Of a stretch of 64,000 nt of DNA, positions 18,817 through 27,063 are shown piece by piece. Numbering within the stretch: position 1 is the stretch's first letter; each line of letters begins with the position of its first letter. The stretch is from a virus. Position numbers and translations under genes: made by a program. The DNA lies in the IMG/VR virus record IMGVR_UViG_3300026097_000010, positions 32,001 to 96,000 of that record; one strand, given 5' to 3'. The notes under the pieces were generated by a model. The model did no database searches. It saw nothing but the letters and a program-made list of their open reading frames with translations, and was not told the origin of the DNA.

Positions 18817-20601
18817 TTAATTTTTAACCGTAAACAACTTTTGATATTCTGGCAAATACAGATACTCAATTTCGCTTTCTTGCAAGGTCCAAAGCGCATC
18901 CTCTAAGGTTTCGACCAGAGGTTCTCCTCCTAAATTAAAACTGGTATTAAACACAATCGGAACTCCAGTTCTATCTTTAAAATCTTTAATTAGATCATAG
19001 TATAATGGGTTTTGCTCTTTATTGACTGTTTGTATTCTGCATGTACCATCTACATGAATAATACCTGGAATTTTTTCTTCAATTCCTTTATGGCAGTTTA
19101 CAGCATACATCATACTAGGTGATGAATCCATCCCTCTTAGATCAAACCACTCGTGAGCATCTTCTTCTAAAATAGATCCTGCAAACGGACGGAAATATTC
19201 TCTGCGTTTTACTGCATTCACATAATCTTTTGCATCGGTATAAGAGGGATCAAAAATTAAACTTCTATTACCAAGCGCACGTGGACCGTTTTCTGATCTT
19301 CCTTGGAACACAGCAACAATATTTTTACTGGTTAATAGATCTATAACATCACTGTTTGATGCTGATTCTAATGTTGCATTATATTTTTTAGATACTTTTT
19401 CAAAGGCATCGTCGGTAAAATCATAAGCAGGTCCTAAGTATAAATCTTCTTTCCTTCCTTGATTTTTAAACATTCCAGTATATCGATAATACTGTAACAT
19501 CGCAGCACCGATTGCTGTTCCTGCATCACTAGACACTGGCTCAACATAAAGATTAATTCCTTTATCTTTTAGTGCATCTAAATAATAATAGTTAGCAACA
19601 CAGTTTAATGCATAACCTCCGCTTAAAACTACATTTGTTTCTCCTGTAATTTCAACTGCACGTTCTATTAATTTTAAAACTTGTTCTTGTGTTTCTTTTT
19701 GACAAGCATATGCTAAATCTCTACGATTTTTAAGTTTTGATAAGTCTTCGTAATTTTCATCAGGATCAAATGCAAGTTCTTTAAAAATTTCAGAATTTAC
19801 TACAGCTGCGTTCGGATACGTCGGAATTATAATATTTCTATTTGCGAGAGGCATAACAGCACTGTCATCAAATAATTGGGGTATATTGTCATTGGATTCG
19901 CCATACGGAAAAAGTCCCATAGTTTTTCCTGCCTCGATTGGCGAAAATCCGCAATATTGAGTTACAGCTTCGTAAACTTTTACAATGCCAGCTCTATCTG
20001 TAACGATCGCTTCGTACACGTGATTGTCATCGTCGGTAGTTTCTGAAATTGAACCCCAATGCGGGCCTCTAGTTCCGATGTGTTTATACACTGTTTTAAA
20101 TTCATGCGGTGGAGAACATTGGAACACTGTTTCTGTTTCCCAGCCTACAGTTGTTTCGTCCATAACTTTTAATGGAATAAAAGTTCCGGCGCCGTCCACG
20201 ATTACAGCGGCAGCTGTTTCGAACCCAGACCTGTAAAAAGCACAAGCTGCATGAAGCTTATGATGTTGTGTGCTAAGATCGATAACCTGAGGATGATTGT
20301 GAATATCGCATTTTCTTTCAATCAGCCCTAGTTTTCTGGCTAGTCCGGTATATACATCGTCTCCTGTATAATCAACATGTCCAGCTGAATCTTTTAATGT
20401 CTGTGTATGAGCCACGACCAAATAGTCTAAACGATCAGTATACTCTAATATTTTCATCATAGAAGCATAAGGGCCTCCATCGTATTTTTGCCTTGAAAAT
20501 CTTTCTTCTTCAATACTAAACACAATTTCGTCATTTTTTAAAAGACAAACTCCTGCGTTGTGTCCTCTAGCAATGCCAGCAATCCATATATCTTTTTTCA
20601 T
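18817..20601 (-). CDS. carbamoyltransferase (NodU/CmcH/TobZ family)
   Basis: EEERFSRQK, HHKLHAACAF, VDGAG, GKTMGL, LSGGYALNC, DAGTAIGAA, GPRALGNRS, KRREYFRPFA, HVDGTCRIQTV, NTSFN. Confidence 0.95.
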   Translation of the reverse strand: MKKDIWIAGIARGHNAGVCLLKNDEIVFSIEEERFSRQKYDGGPYASMMKILEYTDRLDYLVVAHTQTLKDSAGHVDYTGDDVYTGLARKLGLIERKCDIHNHPQVIDLSTQHHKLHAACAFYRSGFETAAAVIVDGAGTFIPLKVMDETTVGWETETVFQCSPPHEFKTVYKHIGTRGPHWGSISETTDDDNHVYEAIVTDRAGIVKVYEAVTQYCGFSPIEAGKTMGLFPYGESNDNIPQLFDDSAVMPLANRNIIIPTYPNAAVVNSEIFKELAFDPDENYEDLSKLKNRRDLAYACQKETQEQVLKLIERAVEITGETNVVLSGGYALNCVANYYYLDALKDKGINLYVEPVSSDAGTAIGAAMLQYYRYTGMFKNQGRKEDLYLGPAYDFTDDAFEKVSKKYNATLESASNSDVIDLLTSKNIVAVFQGRSENGPRALGNRSLIFDPSYTDAKDYVNAVKRREYFRPFAGSILEEDAHEWFDLRGMDSSPSMMYAVNCHKGIEEKIPGIIHVDGTCRIQTVNKEQNPLYYDLIKDFKDRTGVPIVFNTSFNLGGEPLVETLEDALWTLQESEIEYLYLPEYQKLFTVKN

Positions 20602-20611
20602 ATTTTTCCTA

Positions 20612-21547
20612 TTAGCCCTTTTTACCGCTTACGTGGTCGACCACTAAATCTATAATTTCGTCAGTCATTGACATTATATTTTCATTTTTCCTATCTGTTG
20701 CTTCGTCGTGTGTTATACGGATAGGACTGTATTCACGATCATATTCTCCCATATCCAAAATTTCAACATTGTCTGTATTCGGATATGAAACATTTACAGG
20801 GTATGTTGAGCCTGTAACTACTATAGTTTCCTTTTCTAATGCATATGATATATGTTGACCTACACTATCACAACCTAAAAACTTATCAGCATATTTTATG
20901 ACGCCTGCCCAGTGTCTTAACGATATCTGCTCTGGCATTGCTACTTCGTCAACTAAATTAGCATCAGAAAAATCAACTTTAAATTCTGCCATAAGAATCA
21001 CAGCATATCCTTTCTTTTGTAGTCCTTTAATTATTTTTTTGATGTCTTTAAGTTCAAAGCTTCTACCAGTTTTATCAACCAATGTTTCGTCGATGTATTC
21101 TATACTTCGTCCGAACGGCTGAAATACTACTACTTTGTCTTTTTTTACTTGTTTTTTAACTTCGCTTATTACATGTCGCCCGGTAAGCATTTCATCTTTT
21201 GACAGAATTAATTTAGGTTTTGGTAGTTCGCGAACACCTTTTTCGTTTATTTGAATATCAAAAGCTTGAGAAAGGCTACATTCTTGATTATAGTATTCCC
21301 AAATTCTGTAAGGTTCGAGAGACACAATATCTCTATTTAATAGATGAGTTTTAAATAAATTTTTATGCCAAATGTCGTAAGTTTTTCCATCTAAATCAGG
21401 ATGCCCTTTGAACATATCGCTTCCGCCTTCGCTTACGATAATAAAATCTTCATCTCCTGATTCTTCAATGTATTTTTCAAATGCGGGGATTGAACAAATT
21501 ATTCTTCCGGCGCCGCCATTGATAAAAAATGCTTTAGATCTTTGCAT
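20612..21547 (-). CDS. putative glycosyltransferase (GT-B, GT9/heptosyltransferase-like)
   Basis: INGGAGRIICSIPA N-terminus, VVVFQPFG, LRHWAGVIKYADKFLGCDSVGQHISYAL (GT9-type DS-x-x-x-H motif). Confidence 0.65.
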   Translation of the reverse strand: MQRSKAFFINGGAGRIICSIPAFEKYIEESGDEDFIIVSEGGSDMFKGHPDLDGKTYDIWHKNLFKTHLLNRDIVSLEPYRIWEYYNQECSLSQAFDIQINEKGVRELPKPKLILSKDEMLTGRHVISEVKKQVKKDKVVVFQPFGRSIEYIDETLVDKTGRSFELKDIKKIIKGLQKKGYAVILMAEFKVDFSDANLVDEVAMPEQISLRHWAGVIKYADKFLGCDSVGQHISYALEKETIVVTGSTYPVNVSYPNTDNVEILDMGEYDREYSPIRITHDEATDRKNENIMSMTDEIIDLVVDHVSGKKG

Positions 21548-21620
21548 TAACCATTCCTTTTAGATATCTACATTATATATCGTTTTTAAGGTTAGTAATT
21601 ATATTTTCTGGTTGTGCAAT

Positions 21621-21648
21621 AAAAAAGCCGATACTTAATATCGGCTTT
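21621..21648 (-). terminator. intrinsic terminator after the Cys-rich operon
   Basis: AAAGCCGATA-N-TATCGGCTTT hairpin with a T-run on the minus strand. Confidence 0.8.
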
Positions 21649-21654
21649 GGTAGA

Positions 21655-22326
21655 TTAATCCTCGGGAGAGTCTGGAGGTGTAGGTGGGGTTTCTTCATCC
21701 ATGAAAGGATCATTGATAGGAAATGGAATTTTCCAATGATCTATTCCTTCATAATTTGTTTTTAGACTTTTAAGAGTTGTTATATAGTCTTTACACTCTT
21801 GAGATTCTGATTCTTCGTCCTCGTAAGATTTTATTAGATTTTCTAATCCATCCCAAAACTCTTCAGCGGTCATTCCATGATCTACAAACGGAGGATTTCT
21901 AAATGTTTCAGATGAAAAATCATAGACCATTTGATTAGGAACAAATACATCGTCAATTATTCCGTTTTCTGGATAATCATAAGTCCATGTAACTTCTCCG
22001 TTGTGTGTGAAAACGTAGTTTTCAATTTCATCAGGGACCCTATATCGATGGGTAATATATGCTGCAGGAAAAGGATTAACTTCAGCGTCAATTAAGATAA
22101 TTTTGCACTCGTCGCCTCGGTAAAACTTATTTAGGTTTATATTTTCCGATTTGCGATAGTATCCCACAGCACTTTCGCATCTGCCAGTGTACGGATCGAC
22201 TTCGATAACTACATATCTAGGACCTTGATAAACGCATGTAACTGTTTTTCCTAGATCGGTCGAATCTTTAAATGGTTCGTCCGGAATTGTAATTGTGAAT
22301 TCTTTTTCAAAATTTGTATCATTCAT
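21655..22326 (-). CDS. hypothetical acidic protein (possible fibre assembly chaperone)
   Basis: 223 aa, last gene of the Cys-rich operon. C-terminal Y-x-x-x-L-x-x-L...WKIPFP loosely resembles tail-fibre-assembly tails. Confidence 0.5.
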   Translation of the reverse strand: MNDTNFEKEFTITIPDEPFKDSTDLGKTVTCVYQGPRYVVIEVDPYTGRCESAVGYYRKSENINLNKFYRGDECKIILIDAEVNPFPAAYITHRYRVPDEIENYVFTHNGEVTWTYDYPENGIIDDVFVPNQMVYDFSSETFRNPPFVDHGMTAEEFWDGLENLIKSYEDEESESQECKDYITTLKSLKTNYEGIDHWKIPFPINDPFMDEETPPTPPDSPED

Positions 22327-23326
22327 CTCTTATAAACCTTATTCTAACGGCTCCGTGGCCGCCTCTCATACCGTGATCGCAAATACCGCTACACGGTAAT
22401 GCACCTAACCCAGGAACTCCAGCTCCCAAATACGGAGTACACCCAGTTGCTTGATAACAGCTGCACCATCTGCCGCCTGCATCATAGCATGCGGAATAGC
22501 TCATTCCAACTGTCGGGCTTTTGGTTGCAGCACCCAAAGCTAAGAAATAAGGCATAACATGTTGGGCGCCGCCACGAGCTGTATCGAAGTTTTCTCCGAT
22601 TTGTACGGTAAGTTCTACACCTTCTTCGGAAAACATGTTGTTTGATGTTACCGGGTAAGCTATCATACAGCATTGCTCACCAGAATCACAACTAAAAATT
22701 CCAATTCTTGAGATGCCGCCGTCAACATTAACGTCGCCGCCGTACGCTTTTGCTATCCAGTCAACTTCTGCACAATGATTGCAAACATACCCGCATCCGT
22801 CAATGGTTTCTGTAACACTAAATCCTTCATCTGAAAAACATGTTAACAAACTCGCACTTCCTGCATTACAGTATGATTGTCCGCCTCGGCCGCCCATTAC
22901 GCACATGCATACATCCGAAATGTCCGTGGCGTTTTCGATACAAAGTTCAGTTGGACAACTACATCCTCTAAAGTTAGTTGCATCTGCATTTCCGCAACTC
23001 ATACCAACTAATCCTGTAACTACAGTATCGCAATCTGCACGAAAAGTTCTTTTAGAGTATGCTGGTGGATTTCCCGGAGTTCCGAATCCGCAACACCGTA
23101 GAGCAGCTCCTGAACCAGCAGCACCCCAGGCTTCTATAATTACTGTACCAGTGGGCGGTTCTTCTCCAGGTTCGGCTCGAGGCGTGAACCAACAAATTCC
23201 TTGAAAGAACTCTGTCTGTTGTGTTCCAGGTGTATATGTCCAAATTTTTCCTTTTTCGATATTGATATCGTTAGCAATTGGATCAAACGCACTTTTTGTT
23301 TTTATTAATTGACTTAGATTTGCCAT
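22319..23326 (-). CDS. Cys-rich glycine-rich-domain protein, paralogue 4
   Basis: IEAWGAAGSG, CC, GNPPAYSK, AYGGDVN, GGHGAVRIRF. Confidence 0.8.
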   Translation of the reverse strand: MANLSQLIKTKSAFDPIANDINIEKGKIWTYTPGTQQTEFFQGICWFTPRAEPGEEPPTGTVIIEAWGAAGSGAALRCCGFGTPGNPPAYSKRTFRADCDTVVTGLVGMSCGNADATNFRGCSCPTELCIENATDISDVCMCVMGGRGGQSYCNAGSASLLTCFSDEGFSVTETIDGCGYVCNHCAEVDWIAKAYGGDVNVDGGISRIGIFSCDSGEQCCMIAYPVTSNNMFSEEGVELTVQIGENFDTARGGAQHVMPYFLALGAATKSPTVGMSYSACYDAGGRWCSCYQATGCTPYLGAGVPGLGALPCSGICDHGMRGGHGAVRIRFIRDE

Positions 23327-24330
23327 TAGTTCGTTCCTATAAATTTAATTCTGACAGCTCCGTGACCGCCTCGTGATGGATGATCTCTGATACTATGCCT
23401 TACTTGTGCTGGCATCCCGCCGATACCGTATGGTATAAAAGGCAAACAACCCATATCTTCGTAGCAACCACACAGTCTGTTTGCACCACTCCAGCATCCA
23501 TTTACGTATAATCCGCCACGCACTGGATTTTTTCCGGCGACAGCTAATCCGTGCATAAATGCAAACGTTTGATTACCTGAGTGATCGCCGTGGGCTACAC
23601 TTTGTTCACCTTGGAAGGTTATAGTTGCACCGTCTTCTGAAAAAATTCCTGGAGGTACAGCAACATGATATTGAGCACAGCAATAACAGTTAGGGTTAGT
23701 ATGCATAATAGATGTGCAGGAAACCCCGCCAAATTTATTAATGTCGCCACCGTATGCAAATCCTCTGCATGAAGGTGTAACTGTAGTAGCATCATATACC
23801 CAGTTGCAGATCAATCCGCAGTTACTGCCGTAAGATACATGTTCGTAGCCTCGTTGAACTAAACAGCAATAAGGTGCTGTGCTGGTAGAACACCTTGAAC
23901 AACCTCCCATGCCGCCTTCTGCACACATGCATCCATTTAGATCTCTTCCTACCCAGCATATGCATGTACTTTCGCTGCATCCCCTATAATCTCTGGCAGA
24001 GGCGTTTCCGCAACTCATGCCAACTGTGCCGCAGATATAAGAACCGGTTTGAACACAAAAAGTTTTTTTAGAATACGCTCCTGCATTTCCAGGTAACGAT
24101 CCGCCACCGCAACAACATTGTCTGCCGGTAGATCCGCCTGCTCCCCATATTTCTAGAACTACTTTACCCGTTCTCGGTGCTTGCCAACAAATTTGACCAT
24201 CTTCATAAAGGTCAGTAGCGTTAGTAGCAGGCGTAAAAACAAAGATTTGCCCTTGCTCGAGGCCTGTATCTCCTATATCGCCATCAGCGATGTCAACTCG
24301 TTTACCTAGTATTTCTGACAAATTTGCCAT
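23326..24330 (-). CDS. Cys-rich glycine-rich-domain protein, paralogue 3
   Basis: LEIWGAGGS, CCC, GNAGAYSKK, AYGGDIN, GGHGAVRIKF. Confidence 0.8.
   Translation of the reverse strand: MANLSEILGKRVDIADGDIGDTGLEQGQIFVFTPATNATDLYEDGQICWQAPRTGKVVLEIWGAGGSTGRQCCCGGGSLPGNAGAYSKKTFCVQTGSYICGTVGMSCGNASARDYRGCSESTCICWVGRDLNGCMCAEGGMGGCSRCSTSTAPYCCLVQRGYEHVSYGSNCGLICNWVYDATTVTPSCRGFAYGGDINKFGGVSCTSIMHTNPNCYCCAQYHVAVPPGIFSEDGATITFQGEQSVAHGDHSGNQTFAFMHGLAVAGKNPVRGGLYVNGCWSGANRLCGCYEDMGCLPFIPYGIGGMPAQVRHSIRDHPSRGGHGAVRIKFIGTN
23461..23553. repeat. 93-bp direct repeat, copy A
   Basis: 92/93 identical to 24465-24557 by manual alignment. Confidence 0.9.
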
Positions 24331-25334
24331 CAGTTTGTTCCTATAAACTTAATTCTCAATGCGCCGTGACCGCCTCGGCCGCCTTTATCTTGTACGTTAG
24401 GCATAGGCTGTTGACCTATACCTCCCATGCCAGTGGGCATCCAGTTTAGACAACCGTGATCGTTGTAGCAACCACACAGTCTGTTTGCACCACTCCAGCA
24501 TCCATTTACGTATAATCCGCCACGCACTGGATTTTTTCCGGCAACAGCTAATCCGTGTAAAACCGAATGTATACCGTTACCTGTATAACATCCGTGGGCT
24601 ACGTTACCTTCACCTTGATATGCAAGTACAGCACCTTCGTCTGCCATGATTCCAGGTGCAACAGCAACATGATATTGAGAACAACAATGACAGTTTGCGC
24701 GGCAATTCATAAAAGTCGCACAAGATATAGTTCCGCATCTGTTAACGTCGCCGCCGTATGCAAATCCTCGAGCATGACACTGTGTCCAATTGCAAATAAG
24801 TCCGCAACAATTATCGTAGCTTGTAAAACAATATCCTGCATTTAGATAACTGCCGTCGCATCTTCCTACAAAACAACAATAAGGCGATGTGCCGGTAGAA
24901 CACTGTGCGATACCGCCTACTCCGCCTTCTGCACACATGCATCCGTCTAGATTTTTCCCTACCCAGCATATGCAGGTACTCTCGCTACAACCTCTAAAAC
25001 AGCTTGTGCTAGCATTGTCGCAGCTTGCACCTACAGTTCCGCAAATATATGAACCTTGTTCTACTGTTATTCTTTTTCTAGAGTATGCTCCGGAATTACC
25101 CGGAATTCCCATTCCGCAGCATCGTCCTCGTGCGCCTGAGCCGCCTGCTCCCCATATTTCAATTGTTACTTCACCGTTTCCGGGAGCCTGCCAACAAATG
25201 TCGCCGTCGTAAAAACTTTCAATGCCGGCAGGCGTAAACACGTAAATTTGGCCTTGTTCTAATCCGCTATCACCTACAGCGCGATCTGCGGTGTCTGCAG
25301 TTCTAGCTCCTAGTAAGGTTGAAAGCAATGCCAT
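24330..25334 (-). CDS. Cys-rich glycine-rich-domain protein, paralogue 2
   Basis: IEIWGAGGSG, GNSGAYSRK, GGHGALRIKF. About 31 Cys in 334 aa by manual count. Confidence 0.8.
   Translation of the reverse strand: MALLSTLLGARTADTADRAVGDSGLEQGQIYVFTPAGIESFYDGDICWQAPGNGEVTIEIWGAGGSGARGRCCGMGIPGNSGAYSRKRITVEQGSYICGTVGASCDNASTSCFRGCSESTCICWVGKNLDGCMCAEGGVGGIAQCSTGTSPYCCFVGRCDGSYLNAGYCFTSYDNCCGLICNWTQCHARGFAYGGDVNRCGTISCATFMNCRANCHCCSQYHVAVAPGIMADEGAVLAYQGEGNVAHGCYTGNGIHSVLHGLAVAGKNPVRGGLYVNGCWSGANRLCGCYNDHGCLNWMPTGMGGIGQQPMPNVQDKGGRGGHGALRIKFIGTN
24465..24557. repeat. 93-bp direct repeat, copy B
   Basis: 92/93 identical to 23461-23553. Confidence 0.9.
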
Positions 25335-25335
25335 A

Positions 25336-26328
25336 TTAACTAGATCCTATAAACTTAATTCTAACGGCTCCGTGGCCTCCCATTGCCGCGTGATCTCTCA
25401 TGCCTGAACACGGCGAAGGAGGAGTTCCTGGTATACCGTACGGTACATATGGAGTTCTACCATGAAAATCATAACAGCCGCAGGCGCTTGTTACAGCCCA
25501 ACATGAATAAAAATGTGTTCCTTGGTTTGGACGACGGCTTATAGCATTTACAGCGTACTGTAATTGTGGTAAGAATCCGCCTGACCAATCATGCATTCCG
25601 TTATCCTGATCTGCTGAGAAAGAAACAACAGCGCCATCTAACGAATAAATTCCTGGCGATGTGGCAATATGCTGAGTGTATGCACAAGGTCTAGTACCAC
25701 ATTGGCAATAAAACGAAGTACAACTAAATCCGCCTTTGCAATTAATGTCGCCGCCGTATGCATATGCAATCCAATCTTCGCTTTCGTCATAATTGCATAT
25801 CAAACCGCATTTGCTATTATCGAATACAGTATGACTGTATCCGCACTCAACAAAACAACAGTAAGGCGAACTAGTGCCGTTATCAGTGGTACATAAAGAA
25901 AAGCCGCCACGGCCTCCCATAGCACATATACATCCGGTTTCAGTTGCAGAATAACAGATTTCGGTTGGTTGGCTGCATCCTCTAAAACAGAGATCTGCTT
26001 CACCGTTACCTAGATCACAACAACTTAATCCTATTGATCCGCAAACAAACGATCCTTCGGATACAGTTAATGTTTTTTTAGAATAAGCACCAGGGTTACC
26101 TGGTATTCCAGCGCCGCAACAACACATTCTAGCACCTGATCCAGAAGCTCCCCAAGCTTCTACAACAACAGTACCAGCGCCCGGAGCTTGCCAACAAAAC
26201 GCATCGTCCGATGCTAGGTTTTGATTTCCTGGAGTGAAAACAAAAATTTTCCCTTTTTCAATTCCAGTTCCGCGTTCGGCGACTAATTGTTGCCCTTTTG
26301 TTTTTAAAATATTTGATAAATTTGCCAT
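25336..26328 (-). CDS. Cys-rich glycine-rich-domain protein, paralogue 1
   Basis: VEAWGASGSG, CCC, GNPGAYSKK, AYGGDIN, GGHGAVRIKF. Confidence 0.8.
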   Translation of the reverse strand: MANLSNILKTKGQQLVAERGTGIEKGKIFVFTPGNQNLASDDAFCWQAPGAGTVVVEAWGASGSGARMCCCGAGIPGNPGAYSKKTLTVSEGSFVCGSIGLSCCDLGNGEADLCFRGCSQPTEICYSATETGCICAMGGRGGFSLCTTDNGTSSPYCCFVECGYSHTVFDNSKCGLICNYDESEDWIAYAYGGDINCKGGFSCTSFYCQCGTRPCAYTQHIATSPGIYSLDGAVVSFSADQDNGMHDWSGGFLPQLQYAVNAISRRPNQGTHFYSCWAVTSACGCYDFHGRTPYVPYGIPGTPPSPCSGMRDHAAMGGHGAVRIKFIGSS

Positions 26329-26349
26329 TTAGCAGCTCCGGTTAACACA

Positions 26350-26682
26350 TTAAGTTCCTGTAAATATCCAGCCATATGTAGTGCCAGTATATAGTAATGT
26401 AACAACTGCACCGTTAACGTCTAACACAACATCCTCAGCGTCTCCGAGGATTAAAGAGCCGTTTCTTGCTAGTGTTACGTTATTGGTTCCAAACGTAGAT
26501 GTTGCATCAATAACTTGCAATGTGTCATTTTCGATAAGAGTTGCGTTTGCAGGGAGAGTAATTTGAAATGAGCCGCCTGATGAATCTGCTAAAATTCTAT
26601 CATTAACTGTTGCATTAAAATTAGCATCCACCTCACGCAATACTGTCGAAGCTGTACCTGTTGTAGTGATATATCTTCCCAT
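26350..26682 (-). CDS. small virion protein resembling one N-terminal repeat of T4-like proximal long tail fibre (gp34)
   Basis: ADSSGGSFQITLPA...VIDA...NNVTLARNG-x-x-I-x-G...LLY...GW. Confidence 0.6.
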   Translation of the reverse strand: MGRYITTTGTASTVLREVDANFNATVNDRILADSSGGSFQITLPANATLIENDTLQVIDATSTFGTNNVTLARNGSLILGDAEDVVLDVNGAVVTLLYTGTTYGWIFTGT

Positions 26683-26696
26683 TTTTATTCCTTAGT

Positions 26697-27017
26697 TTAA
26701 CTTGTAGATGTTTCAATGCCGAAGGCAACGGCACTAACATTAGAATTACTTGCTCTAACGACTAGTTTTTGGCCGGCACCTACAATTATACCGGTCCTTT
26801 CTAAAACACCCTTGCCTAAAATTTCTGTATCGTATTCGATATATTCTGCATCGGTGGGTGTGTCGCTATCTGCTACAGCTAGTCTTACAGCAACAGCACT
26901 GTTGCCTCGATTGCAAAATGATACACTTGCAACACCAAATGTTGATGCCGGACAAGTGTAAATAGTTGTATTAGTAGCGGCTGTTAAGTCCCCTGTTCCT
27001 AATCTTCCTGTTGCCAT
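26697..27017 (-). CDS. small beta-rich virion protein (adaptor-like family)
   Basis: TTIYTCPA...FCN...LERTGIIVGAGQKLVV. Has its own late box and SD. Confidence 0.65.
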   Translation of the reverse strand: MATGRLGTGDLTAATNTTIYTCPASTFGVASVSFCNRGNSAVAVRLAVADSDTPTDAEYIEYDTEILGKGVLERTGIIVGAGQKLVVRASNSNVSAVAFGIETSTS

Positions 27018-27063
27018 GTAAATTATTCTCCTAATGTATTTATATCAAAAAACCAAAAAGCAA

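Noticed and set aside
23461-24557. Diversity-generating retroelement TR/VR pair
   Set aside because: Both copies lie inside coding paralogues, the single mismatch is a synonymous C/T on the coding strand rather than adenine-specific, and there is no reverse transcriptase in the window.
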